Shown here in pieces: positions 12,231 through 24,050 of a stretch of 64,000 nucleotides of DNA (position 1 is its first letter; each line of letters begins with the position of its first letter). The position numbers and the translations under genes were made by a program. Source of the DNA: Phaeosaccion multiseriatum (Eukaryota; Protista; Ochrophyta, other classes); contig OZ218950.1 in NCBI GenBank assembly GCA_965112735.1, positions 5,518,001-5,582,000 of the forward strand. The letters run 5' to 3'. A model generated the notes under the pieces. The model searched no databases and was not told the DNA's origin. It saw only the letters and a list, made by a program, of their open reading frames with translations.

Positions 12231-15200
12231 ATGGGCTCCTCTAGCAGCCAGCCCTCCACTGTGGAGGACAGCAAGAAACTCGAAGCGCCTCCAAACTTCC
12301 GTGGCGCATCTGAGCGAAAATGCACGGGTGAGTTGGTGTTTGAGTCTGAGAAGTTGAAGGGAACCAAGGGAGGCTTGTTAGGGCGGAGGACAACCCCACC
12401 CCTCGCAGCCCTTTCGAGCCTCGCGCTCGAAAGGGCTGCGAGCTTCTGTCCCCATGTGCTAGAATGCCTCTCCGTCTACGTCTCTCTCGTTTGCTCCCCT
12501 CAGCTGCTCGCGTCCGCGGCTCTGCTCCCCCTAACGCCTCTCCGTCTACTTCTGTCACCTCCGTGTACTTCTCTCTTCCCTCCCTCTGCTGCAGACATGC
12601 TCTTTTTGATCGTTATTATCGCCGTGTGGGTGGCCATGACTGCTGTGGGCATTGACAGTGTCGAAAATGGAGACCCTTGGCTGCTCATCAATGGAGTTGA
12701 CTACAACGGCCGCATCTGCGGCAGGGACGATGGCGTCATAGACAAGGATCGCTTCTACTACATCAGGACAGACGGAACGGGTGAGAAAACTTACACTTGC
12801 GGGTGGGATTGCTCAGCTTCAGCGTGAGCGCGCGGGGCTGGCAATCGCGTGGGTAACAACACACGCAGGACCCCCCCCCCCTGGTGTTCTCACCTCACCG
12901 CCCTTTACATACCTTCGCCCCGCCTCGTGTACAATTAGGGGTGTGCGTGGACTCGTGCCCGTCTGAAACCGACTTTTCCAAGCTGTGGGGCTGCACCGAC
13001 GACAACGAGGCTTTCACAGCTGAGGGGAGCAGCCCTCTGGACTGCAGCGGGACTGATGCGGCTACTTGCGCCTCTCTGACTGGAGCCACCGCCAGCACTG
13101 ATTTCTCCGCCTCCAACTTTGGAGGGACCGGGTCCAACGTGTGCATGTTCCAAATGAAGACCAAGGAGTGTGAGTCAAGACTCTTGCTTGCGCCATCGAA
13201 TGTCTCTACTTGCTCAACCTGCCTGCTCTCTTCCCCATCTCCCACCCCCCAACACCAACAGTCTTAAATCACTGTGTGTACTCCGAATCCGAAATCTTCA
13301 CCAAGTTTGTGAGCTTCTCGGACAACATCTCGTACATGCAGGTACGCTACGCTGTGCACGACAAATCGCATGACCCCCGGAGGGCGTTGGCCCTGAGCCC
13401 GGTCCCTGTCCCCACACGTTCTCTCCCACCCTCCAGGAGTTCATGTCGGATATCTTCAACACGATTGGCTGGACGCTGGGGCTTTCCATCTCCCTCTCTT
13501 TCGTGCTTGGGTTCATGTACTGCATTCTGCTGCGAATACCTGGAGTGGTGTCCTGCCTCGTGTGGGGGAGCATTATTTGCATCTTTTGCCTTCTCATCGC
13601 GCTGGGGTACGCGAGTTATAACCTGTACGACGATTGGAACGACGACGGCAAGCACGATGAGTACCAGGTCAACGCGTGCCTGGGCTTCATGGTTATCTTC
13701 TTTGTGGGCGCTGCGCTGTGGGTGTGCCTGTGCTGCTTCATGCGAAAGCGCATCAAGCTGGCCACCGGCATCATCAAGGAGTCTGCGAGAGCAGTGAATG
13801 TGAGTTGAAGCTTTTCCGGCTTCTGGGCGAGGAGAAGCAGCACGCTAAGACGATGGCCGAGTCGAGTCGAGTCCCCGCCCCCCAAACTAAGCGTGTTCCT
13901 CGTCTCCCCCTGCCCCTCCTCACCTCACTCAGGCCATGCCGGCCATGATCCTGATGCCGGTCATTGAGGTGATTGGGCTGGTCCTGTTCCTGGTGCCGTG
14001 GTTCTACTACATGGCCTACACCGCGGGCATGGCCACCGTGAACAGCGCAGAGGATGACAACTCCCAACTCATCACGGTAAGGAGAGAAGAGACTAGCGTA
14101 TCTCCAAGGACAGATAGAGAACCTGAAACCGCCGCCCACCCCACCACCCCCATGCCGCTCCCTCAGACGTACTCTTTCGACGACGACGTCAAGTACCGCG
14201 GGTGGTTCCTCCTGTTCTGCTTCTTCTGGACCTCGCAGTTCATCATTGCGGTAGGGCACATTGCGCTGGCCCTCACCGTCGTCAGGTTCTACTTTACCCG
14301 TGACAGGAGCACGGTGGGCAGCGGAACATTCTTCGCGTCCGTCAAAGACACGTTGGTATACCACACGGGGACTGCCGCCTTCGGCTCCCTCATCGTGGCA
14401 ATCATCCAGATGATTCGAGCGATTGTTGCCTACATCCAAAAGAAGGCCAAGGTGCGTGTATGTTGTGCATGAGAGGACGTGTGTCGTGAGTGAGGCCTGC
14501 AGGGCTTCCACCTTTGCCCTTGTGTCACTCACATTTCTTCTCCCGTTGCTCGCTGCCTTGGCTTGCAGGCGAGCGGCAACAAGGTGGCCCAGTACGTGCT
14601 GTGCTGCTGCCAGTGCTGCGTGTACTGCCTCGAAAAATGCATGAAGTTCCTCAACAAGAACGCGTACATTCAGGTGACATAACGTGACTTAATGACGTAC
14701 TGGCTGGGTCGGAAGGTTCCACAAGCGCACAAGCGGATGGATGGGGGGCTTCTAACTGGGGGTGATAGTGAACAGTACACATGCTTCTTGGGGTGCCCGC
14801 CCCTCCACAGCCGCCCTCTTACCGCAGCCCCCCCCCCCCCGTGCACCGCAGACTGCCATCTTCAGCACGGCGTTCTGCAGGTCAGCTAAGAACGCCTTTT
14901 GGCTCATTGCGAGGAACATTGCCCGGGTGGGCGCCGTGTCCCTCGTGAGTGAGTTCATCGTCATCATCATGAAGGTGAGAGAGAGAGAGAGAGAGAGAAG
15001 GAGGGTGTCGACTTGTGTGGACTTGATAGTCAAGGGCTTGTATTCCTGTATTCCTGTGAGAGGACTTACTCCGCCTTGCTTTGGCTTGTAATACGCCTTT
15101 ACTTGACTGACGCCGCCCTCTGCCGCTGTTTGCTGCTGTTGTCCTGTCGTGAACCTCGTGCTGTTGTACGGTTACAGATGCTCATCTGTTCGCTTGTGGC

Positions 15201-15792
15201 GGGCGCCGTGTACCTGGCCATCCAGGCCAACGAGGCCGACCAAGTGTACAGCACTGTGGGGCCGTGCGTCATGGCGGCGGTGCTGGCGTACTTCATTAGC
15301 GGCATCTTCGGAAACCTCTTCAACATCACAAGGTGAGGGAGGGAGGGAGGCAGGGAAGGAGGGAGAGGAAGGAAAGGAGCCGCTCTACCCAACCCACCCA
15401 AGGGGGGCAGCGCTCCGGCCTTGGTCCTTGCTTCTCACACTCTGTTTCCGTTCCCTACGCCCTCCTCCCTCCCTCCTCCCTCCCTCCGCCCAGTTTGACG
15501 ATACTGCAGTGCTTCATCGCCGACGAGGAGATGTTCCAACCCCAGGAAAGATACGCCGACAACGAGCTCCGGGTGAGTGGTCCCCTTGCATGATGCTCTT
15601 CCCTTCCCACGGTATCACTCACCCCCCTTCCCCCTTTATGCACTAAACCGCTCCCCGCCCTGATTCCCTGTGATTCTCGTCTCGAAACAGGAATGGGTGA
15701 ACTCAGCGGGCAAGGGGAAGCGTGCCTCATCACCGAGGGCAGGAAGCCCTGCAGGGGGAGGAGGGGTGGGCGTCGTGACGGGTACTGCATAG
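12231..15792 (+). CDS. Choline transporter-like protein (CTL/SLC44 family), multi-exon
   Basis: Exons include 'ERKCTDMLFLIV', '[11 protein letters not shown]', '[17 protein letters not shown]', '[16 protein letters not shown]', '[17 protein letters not shown]', '[16 protein letters not shown]', '[18 protein letters not shown]' and '[11 protein letters not shown]'. Stop TAG at 15790-15792. Confidence 0.92.
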
Positions 15793-16469
15793 GGAAGCTT
15801 GAACGGCGACAGCGAAGAAAAACGGCCATAGTATAGTGACAGTGAAGAAAAACGGCCATATATATTAGGGGGCGGCAGGGGGCAAGCCTCCATCGATGGA
15901 GCATGTAGCGGCTTAGACAACTAAGGCGGAGGCGGCGGGTCAGAGACCAAAACACCTTGGTAATGGTAGCGCACACCAAAACGTCGATTCTTGGATCTAC
16001 CGCGCCCAACCCTTCTGGTTGGAATACAATAGGAAAAGGGGCTTTGGAAACTCCGTTCGTTCGTGTATCATGACATGCCTCCTCCGCGTAGTACTCGCTC
16101 AACGTTGGGACCCCTCCCCCGGCCCGACGTCGTACGACGAGTGCTACTTCCCCCAGCCAGAGCTTCGTCCCCTCCATCCACAAAGAGCTCCCCTCCCCTC
16201 AACCTCAGCCTCGGTCCACTCCACCAGGAGCCCCGCTGCTCGTAATACCCTCAGCCTTGCGACCAACTTACGCGGCCCCTGAGCTTCCCCTGTGCGGCGC
16301 GCGGACCGACCCTTCCCACCAAAACTTGCGTACATCCCATCCAGGGAGGGGTTGATCTGCTCGTCCTCCTGACGCTGTGAAACCAAACCCTCCTCCTCGT
16401 CTGCTGCAATCTCCCACTCATTCCACCCGCCTGCGGCCCTTCCAAACCCCTGCAAAACACAAAAATGTA

Positions 16470-17648
16470 CTACGCGGAGCAGTCGAAGGATTGCTGTGAG
16501 AGAATCAGGGCCACGATGAGACCATAAAGCCCAAGCGCTTCAGCGAAACTGTTTTAAGGGCGCAGAGGGACAGGGGGGAGGGAGCGCAAGGATGAGATGA
16601 GCAGAGAGGTAGAGCCACACAAGGAAAGTGAAGCAATGAACGCACGCCTGGTTTAAACACAGCACGAACAGCCTACTCACATGAGGATCAAGATCATGCC
16701 CACAAACAACCTCTCCTGCTGGCCCACAGCTCGCACGCCTGCGTCTCCCACAATTCCAATCGCCATGCCCGCAGCTAGCCCGGAGAGACCACAGCATAGC
16801 CCCGCAGCGAGAAAGGCGTAGCCCGAGAACGAAGAGAATTTATTGACATCTGTGGAGGAGTCTGGTTGGGTGATGGACCCATTCAGGATGACAGCAACTG
16901 GTGGCGCGAGAGGGGAACAACGTGGAGAGAGAGAGAGAGAGAGATATTAAGCTCAGGCATGGGTTGCAGCTGCAGACTAGGGGAAAAGAGGATGGCCTGC
17001 TCTGCGATTGTAAAGGGTGAAGCCCCTGATCGCTGGAGAGCGGACGTTAGAAAGATCTTACCGATAAGACCGTAAATTCCGAGCACTCCCGCCATGACCT
17101 GGGAAGAGAAATGCGAGAGAGACCACACGGCGGCAGTAGCAGGAGTAGCAGCAGCACGACGACGAGTTAGGCCAGCAGCCGATGTGAGCAAACACCCTCC
17201 CCTCCCATTCCCCCCCTCCTTGTTCTTCCTTTCTTTCTGGTGCTCGTCCCTAGACGTACCACAGGGATGATATTTCGCATAACAAGGTTCGGTCGCATGA
17301 CTCCCATGGCTGAAATCCCTACTCCAGACTTTGCAGTACCGTACGCAGCTCCGATGTCTAGTCAAGGAGAGTGAGGAAGGGAGAGAAGGAGAGGAAAGAG
17401 GAGGGTTAGGGAATGACAGAGCAGAAGCATTGCAGCCACCACCGCCACAGTGGAGGGGACGGGGGAGAGGTCCAGCAGCAGAGCAAAGCGCAGAGTAAGG
17501 ACAAGACGGACGCCTGCACGGACGCCTCCCGAACTGTGTTGGCTTCTCCTCAGCCCGGCTGTACCGTACTTGCAAAGCATAGTGCCGACGCCACGCCCAT
17601 GAAGCCGAAGAACGCCGCACTTGACGGGCAAGACTCTGAGGAAGCCAT
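16470..17648 (-). CDS. V-type H+-ATPase 16-kDa proteolipid (subunit c), paralog A, 5 exons
   Basis: [26 protein letters not shown] | [33 protein letters not shown] | [12 protein letters not shown] | VAVILNG...[28 protein letters not shown] | [25 protein letters not shown]. Confidence 0.95.
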
Positions 17649-17994
17649 GATTGCTGTGATATGCGGTTGCTTGTCTAAGTACTGCAGCTACGGCACTTTT
17701 TCGCTCACAAGGGGAAGGAAGTGGGGAAGCCCAAGGGGGGGGGGGGATCCAGTTGGAGGTATATCGATATCTCTCGAACAAAAAGGGTACAAGGAGAGAA
17801 AAGAGAAAAAAAAAGGGGGAGGGACAGGAGCAGTAGTAGTAGCAGCAGCAGTAGAGGGGAGGAAGTGTTGTTGCAGAGGGGAGGAAGTGTTGTTTTGCAC
17901 TCGTCGTTCTCTTCCAGAGATAAGACTTCGCTCTCTATTCCCTCTTTTTCGTCCTTGACGACCAAGTGATCTCTGCTGCGCTGGTGCGGCGGCA
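17649..17994. promoter_or_regulatory. Putative bidirectional promoter between the two V-ATPase c paralogs
   Basis: Divergent ATGs 346 bp apart. The spacer contains the palindrome ATATCGATAT (17761-17770) and a duplicated AGAGGGG(G)AGGAAGTGTTGTT (~17853-17895). Confidence 0.6.
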
Positions 17995-19276
17995 ATGTCG
18001 AGCGACTCGGAGACATGCCCCACCTGGGCTCCCCTCCTGGGCTTTGGTGGAGTCGCCTGTGCACTGGTGTTCGCCAATACGGGGGCTGCCTACGGCACGG
18101 CAAAGTCTGGGCTAGGGATAGGGTGAGTTGACTTGAGTTTCGGAAGCGAGGAAGGCCATACGACTGACTTTGCTCTGTCTCTTGCTCCTTGCCCCGGATG
18201 CAGATCAATGGGAGTAATGACACCGCACCTCGTTATGCGAAACATCATCCCTGTGGTAAGTCGAGGCCATCCCCCACGGCGGCTGCTGGTGCCGCTGCTG
18301 CTCCTGCTGCTGCTGCTGTCTGGGGGGGCTTGACGATCGCTTGCTGTGTTTGTTCCACTCCATTCTCATCCTCTCTCGCAACTTGCAACCTGTACAGGTC
18401 ATGGCGGGAGTTCTAGGTATATACGGGTAAGTCCGCGTCTCAGGGTTGCAAGCTGGCTGCTGCTGCTGCTGCTGCTGCTGCTGTGTCGGTAGCAAAACTT
18501 TAATCCTGTCGCAATGCTGCTCCTTACCCCCTCGTGTGTTTCCCGTGTCTTGGCAGCCTCATTGTGAGTGTAATTTTGTTGGGTTCAATAACAGAGCCAA
18601 GTAGCGGGGTCACGACGTACTCCTCGTTCTCGGGCTTCGCACACCTAGCCGCGGGGCTGTGCTGCGGGATCAGTGGGCTGGCTGCCGGTGCGGCCATCGG
18701 AATCGTGGGGGATGCGGGGGTCAGGGCAGTGGGGCAGCAAGAGAGGCTCTTTGTGGGACTCATCCTCGTGCTCATTTTCGCGGTAAGTTGGGTTGGGTTT
18801 TAGGAGTGTCGGCCCCTGACAAGGTTCTGGGTTCCAGGTTCTGGCCGGCGTCAGCCGGCCAGGTTCCAGGTTTCCCGGAAAAAGCCGTGTAATAAGGCAA
18901 TGATAAGGTCCCCCTGCACCTGGGAGAACCTGGGTTGCAGGTTCTGGCCGGCGTCAGCCGGCCAGGTTCCAGGTTCTGGCCAGGGTCGCCTCAGAACCTT
19001 GTCAGGGGCCGAAGGAGTGGGTGCGAGCGCCACTTGCGGTTCTCATCCTCATGCCGCCCATCCCCTCCCCTTCCCGATATGTCTTGTGCCCTGTGTCCTG
19101 CGCCGTCTCGCAGGAAGCCCTGGGGCTGTACGGTCTCATCGGTGAGTCCCCGTCGCGCTTCCAGCCTCGCTTGCGTGTCACACCGGCCCGCTCACTCGTC
19201 CCGTTTCCCTCCTCCCTCCCTCTCCCCGTGTGCAGTTGCACTCATTTTGTCTCAACAAACGGTTTCGTGCTCGTAG
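17995..19276 (+). CDS. V-type H+-ATPase 16-kDa proteolipid (subunit c/c'), paralog B, 6 exons
   Basis: Exons 17995-18122, 18204-18255, 18398-18426, 18557-18782, 19114-19141, 19236-19276. They encode [39 protein letters not shown]...[47 protein letters not shown]. Confidence 0.95.
18809..19012. mobile_element. 204-bp MITE-like non-autonomous DNA transposon inside intron 4 of V-ATPase paralog B
   Basis: Perfect 21-bp TIR: TCGGCCCCTGACAAGGTTCTG (18809-18829) / CAGAACCTTGTCAGGGGCCGA (18992-19012). It is flanked by the direct repeat AGGAGTG (18802-18808 and 19013-19019). An internal duplicated ~38-bp block contains the hairpin CTGGCCGGC-GTCA-GCCGGCCAG. Confidence 0.88.
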
Positions 19277-19518
19277 AGCTCCCCCTCTCCGGTCTGCAAC
19301 ATCCGGGCCTGAGCCGATCGGCCCCAGTCAGTCGAGAGATGGGTCCGAAGTGGACCGGACGCTCCCCTCCGGCTCATGCGTAGCACGTTGTGGCGGGGAG
19401 TCAGTACATAAGACGCAAAGATACAAATGAAACATGGGAGAGTTGGTATCCCCTCCTTCCTTCGTATATACATATTTTTGTACAGAGAGATGGTCGTGGG
19501 GGACGACAAATCTTCAAC

Positions 19519-22340
19519 TCAAAATCGTCCTCCTCCTCCTCCTCCTCCTCCTCCTCCTCCTCCTCCTCCTCCTCCTCTGTCCAAGCGCAGCAGCTGCCTC
19601 AGCGTGGCCAGCAGCACCTCAAGGCCCCTGAGCTTCACCGCGAGGGGCTGCACGAGGCCATGGGCCATTGTGTCGCACACCTGCACGAGAGGCACGAGAG
19701 GCACGAGAGGGGCGGGGCCATGTGGAGGCCTCCCTCCTGGCCTCCCTCCCGGTGGACTCTGGCCGGGCGCGACGACCAGAAAGCCAAACTGTGGTCTGTG
19801 CGAGTTTGCCTGTGCCGGCCCCTCTACGGGGGGATGGCGTTTCGCGGCGCCCTTGACAACAGAATCCAGCGAATGGAGCCGCCTTAGGGTGGGCAGCAGC
19901 CGGAGCAGCGAATCCGAGTCACAGCCGCCGCCTGCCGAAGCGAATCGTCAACGAAGCAGAAATAGAGCCAATGCGTTGGTTGACGACGAAGAGAGACCGA
20001 GGCAAAGACACCCCCGAGCAAAAGAAGTATATGTGTCCGTACCTGCGGACCCCGCCTTGGAGGAAGCAGCAGCAGCGTTTCGCAGCAGAGCGCCAGGCAC
20101 GGCCTCGAGGGCCCCTGCGAGCAGGTGGAAGGCCTCCCCTTGCACTATCCTCTCCTTCTCGTCGAACCCAGAAACAAGCGCGTCCGCTTCTGCAGCAAGT
20201 CCGGCATCCAATACGCCTCTTGTCTGCCCTTGCTTGCCTCTCCTGACTCGCGTGGCCAGCTCACAGAACAAAAAGTGCAAGGACAGCTCACAAGCGCCCC
20301 CTCCGCCCACAAGGAGAGAGCCATGTCTGTCCGACAGCCACGCCCCCAGCAAAGACAGGCTGCCTCTGATTGACTCCGCGTACTCGTGCGCAAGGCCGGG
20401 GCTGGGGGCTTGCAGCAGCAACTGCCGACCAGGCACACGGGTTCTATGCAGGGGAGAGACACGGGGCGAGAGATGGAGATGAGATGACCTTGTAGGACTT
20501 TTGAGACCGAGAGAATGGTGAGAGAGGGAGCCACAAAGAGCGAGTCACTGCCTCGAACTTCTCCCTCCCCACTCACTGCTCACGCCGCTGCCCTACCTGC
20601 CGTAGAGGTAGGTGAAGCCCGTCCCGAACACTGCTCGGCATCCGTGGGCCCGTCCTATGTTGGCTGAAAAAGAGATCACACATGGCCAAGGCAAGTTATG
20701 TGACTTGCGGTATGCACATCACATACTACACATGAAAGAGGACCAACAAACCTGGGGAAAGGGGCTGAAAGGGGACACCGACCGAGCAAATGGGCGCGAT
20801 GCCGAACGTTTGGCAAAGGTATAACGCCTCCTCCTCCTCCACCGGTGCCACGACCGTCACCCCGCTTTCCCCCAAGGCTTGCAGGAGAGGCTCCTGGACG
20901 GCAAAAGCACAAGACTGCATTGAGCAGAGCGAAGGGCCGCTGCTATCGTGCCCACACTCACTCACCATGACTGGCAGTACGGAGACCACGACTCGGACGT
21001 TTCCGGCACGGAGCTCCAAGACAATCTTGGCTGCGCGCTGCTGTTCGCTAAGCAGGAGCTCGCGCATAACCTTCGAGCTGCCGATATCAAGCCTAATGTT
21101 GGTGCCACTTCCGTCGCATTCGCCCGCGCCATCGCCACTGCCCCCTCCACCGGCCAAATTGCACGTGAATACAGCGAAGGGGAGCTGAGCCTTACCCCCA
21201 TCAGTAGACGCAGCCCCGGCTTGCCTGAGCCCGAAACAAGGGGCTGTCGATAAGACTACGCCGTCCTTCACGAACGTATTTGTTGGTCGCACAGCGTCCC
21301 CCGCTCCGTACGGAAGAGGCACCACAAGAGCGGCAAGGTCCCGGCGCAGAGCGTAGGCATGTCGCGCAAGCAGCTGTCGGGACCTCGGCGCGGCGTGTTC
21401 CTTGTCCACGCCAACGAGGTCTATAGAAGTGGGCGAGGAGTGGCCGAGGGAGTCCTCCGGGGGCAAAGTGCGGGTGAGCCACAACGTCACCAGACTGGCC
21501 AGACCATGCGCCGTGCCGGCCGGATACACGCTCGCCAGAGACGTGTACACAACGCCCTGCATGGTCCTCTCCAAGCCCAGAGGAGTCTCGACGTCGCCAC
21601 AGGGCACAAGCGAAGCCCTTTTCAGGAGGAAAGGGAGGACAACTCTGGGCATCCAGAGCGCCTCGATGAGCCCAAGGGAAGCCGATAGTCTCGCGGCATG
21701 GGCTCCACTAGCACCAGCAGCTGCCCAGATGAAGGTCGCGCAAGCCGAAATGCGTCATGTTCAGTGGGAGGTTGGAGGTGGAGGGGGGGGCACAGGCATT
21801 CAAACCACCACGGACCTTGGTGAGGTACCTGGCGAAGCCCCCCAGCCAGCCCCAGGAAGAAAGAAGCGGTCCCATCTCCCACTTCTGCACACAACAATGG
21901 GAGAGTCACTGAGAATCAACACCTTCTGGAAGCAGCAGTGGACGAACAAGGAGCACTCGCCTTCGTTCAGAGCTTCCGCGGTCGACGTTACCACCCGCAG
22001 GAGAGCAGCCGTCTGTCTGTCTCTCTCGGTGCCCAACGCCTCCTGTCCTCCATGCTGCTTATGCTGACCCGAGGACGCGGCAGCAGCAGTAGCAGCAGAA
22101 GCCTCGAGGGAGATGCCCACCTGCTTCGCCACGGCCGAGCTCTTGCCAGTCACGACCACCCTGTTCAGAGTTCTTCCAAACGAGCAAAGAGATGGCACAA
22201 AAATCAATCCTTTTGGGCCCTCAGGTCTTCAAGAGCAAGCCCTGAGTTCCATACCGCTGAAGGAGTATATGATGCCCCCCAAGCGGGCCCAGGCAGCTGC
22301 CCAACGCTCCGCTCAGCCAGGAGACATCATCCCAAGTCAT
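19519..22340 (-). CDS. BBS10: Chaperonin-like BBSome assembly protein, most like BBS10, multi-exon
   Basis: Exon 1 from ATG 22340 is 'MTWDDVSWLSGALGSCLGPLGGHHILLQR' (SxLGPxG chaperonin motif), followed by intron 22254-22161. Later segments 'QLLLQAPSPGLAHEYAESIRGSLSLL', 'VGGGGACELSLHFLF', 'LAGALEAVPGALL' and the C-terminal 'QPLAVKLRGLEVLLATLRQLLRLD' resemble BBS10. BBS6/MKKS is not excluded. Confidence 0.65.
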
Positions 22341-22546
22341 TCCATGGTCTCGAGCGAATGGGCGGAGGGGGGGAGCGGGGAGCGGGGGAAATTCGGATGT
22401 CAATGAATCCTTTCACCTTTCTTTCTTTCTCCGCCTCAACTCACTCTGTACATCACGACTGGACGAGCAAGAAGTTATTGAAGCATCGGCGGGGAGCCCC
22501 CAAGCAATGGTGTAAACGGAAATCCCCAAAAGAAAGGACGAAAGAA

Positions 22547-23954
22547 ATGCTTGGGGAAGAAAGGAGACGCACCCAGCAGGGAGGCGTGGGTGTTGGTGGA
22601 GGGGCGTCGTCACCTGCACCAGCAGCTGTGTGTGATGGGTGCCGTTTCCGAAGAGCAGACGTGCGGCTGCCTTGCGGGCACCTATTTCATACGAGGTGTT
22701 TACCACCTCTTCCTGCGGAGAAGTGTCTGAGTTGCCAGCGTCCTGTTGGGAAGGACGAAGGCATCACCATCCTGCCCCTGGAGCCTTACTTCAGCAAGAA
22801 CGGCTCCGGGCGGGAGGGGCCTGTTGTTTCCAAAGGGGGGGGTTGCCAACAGCGCACTGGACGGTGGAATGACTTTGAGATGAAATATGCACAGGCCTTG
22901 ATGGAGGAGTTCTTCCGTGGGAGCCTGCCTATCAGCGAGGGGACAAAGCTTGGCTCGCTTTTGTGCAAGCTGCTGAACTGTTCAGTGACTCGCATCTCTA
23001 AGAAGCTTAAGATCGGAAAGCGCTATTTTACGCGCTCCAGCAGCCCCTTGTTCCGCCCGCCGCGGGGTCTGACGGCGGAGGAGGCTGCCGCCGTCGGGCA
23101 CATTGCAGGGGAGATGAGCAGCAACAGCGGCGAGAGTGCAGAGGAGAAGGAAACTCGATGGAGAGAGAGGCAGGTGCGGCTGAGTGAACTGGAAGAAATG
23201 TTCCTGTTGAGTGAGAGTGAGACGAAGAGAGGCGAGGGGGGAGGGGGGCTGAACGAGTGCATGCAGACAGAGTGGAGGGACCGCTTCGTGCGGTACGCAC
23301 ACTCGTCGCGCCAAAAGCTGACCAATGCCTGGAACTGGAACACGGGCACCAAGCCGGACCTCACTGCGGGTGCGATCAGTCAGCTTCTCAGTACGATTGG
23401 CATACCCACCAGCAGCTCCCCAGCGGCGGTGGCTGCTGCAGCAGTGCTGAGCAAGCGGTTGAGTGACGGCAGCTTGGGAGCCACTCTCGGACGGCTCCTA
23501 CCCTCCACACCCGGCGCATCCCCCGCTTTAGGCCCCGCCTCTCGTCCGAAAGTGCTGCCACAGATGGGTAGCTCCTGCCAACCACCACCACCACCACCCG
23601 CAGCAGCAGCGGCAGCACCAGCACCAGCACCAGCACCAGCAACGGCACCAGTAGCGGCAGCAGCAGCACCAGCAGTAGTAGCATCAGTAGTAGCATCATC
23701 AGTTGTCGCGTCTGATGCTCCTACTGGCGGCACGGGGGATAAAAAGAGGCGCCTGGATGAAGAGGAAGGTTTGCTGACACACCCCAGTGGCAGTGCCAGC
23801 AGCCGAGGAGGGGGCAGCGCCACTGGCGCAAAGACGGCTGACGATGGAGGCATCACGTTTCGAGTCCAGGACTTCCACGTGTCAGGCCTCAAGATGCTCA
23901 AGCCTGTCGACCGTCACCATGACCAGGCTCTCCACCACAAGTTACCTCATCGCA

Positions 23955-23991
<37 letters not shown>

Positions 23992-24015
23992 GCGGCGGCG
24001 GTGGCAGGAGGAGGA

Positions 24016-24050
<35 letters not shown>

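Noticed and set aside
16082-16479. 13-bp inverted repeat CTCCGCGTAGTAC / GTACTACGCGGAG about 400 bp apart
   Set aside because: There is no target-site duplication, one arm is V-ATPase coding sequence, and a match of this length is plausible by chance in 64 kb.
19427-20482. Long + strand ORFs opposite real genes (e.g. 19427-20482, 27026-27898, 35982-37301, 49968-50819)
   Set aside because: These are antisense shadows of GC-rich coding exons with low-complexity translations and no motifs.
21938-22546. 5' extension of the 1027-aa ORF overlapping BBS10-like exons on the opposite strand
   Set aside because: It begins at a non-ATG codon, has no domain-like content, and is better explained as antisense to BBS10-like exons plus promoter.
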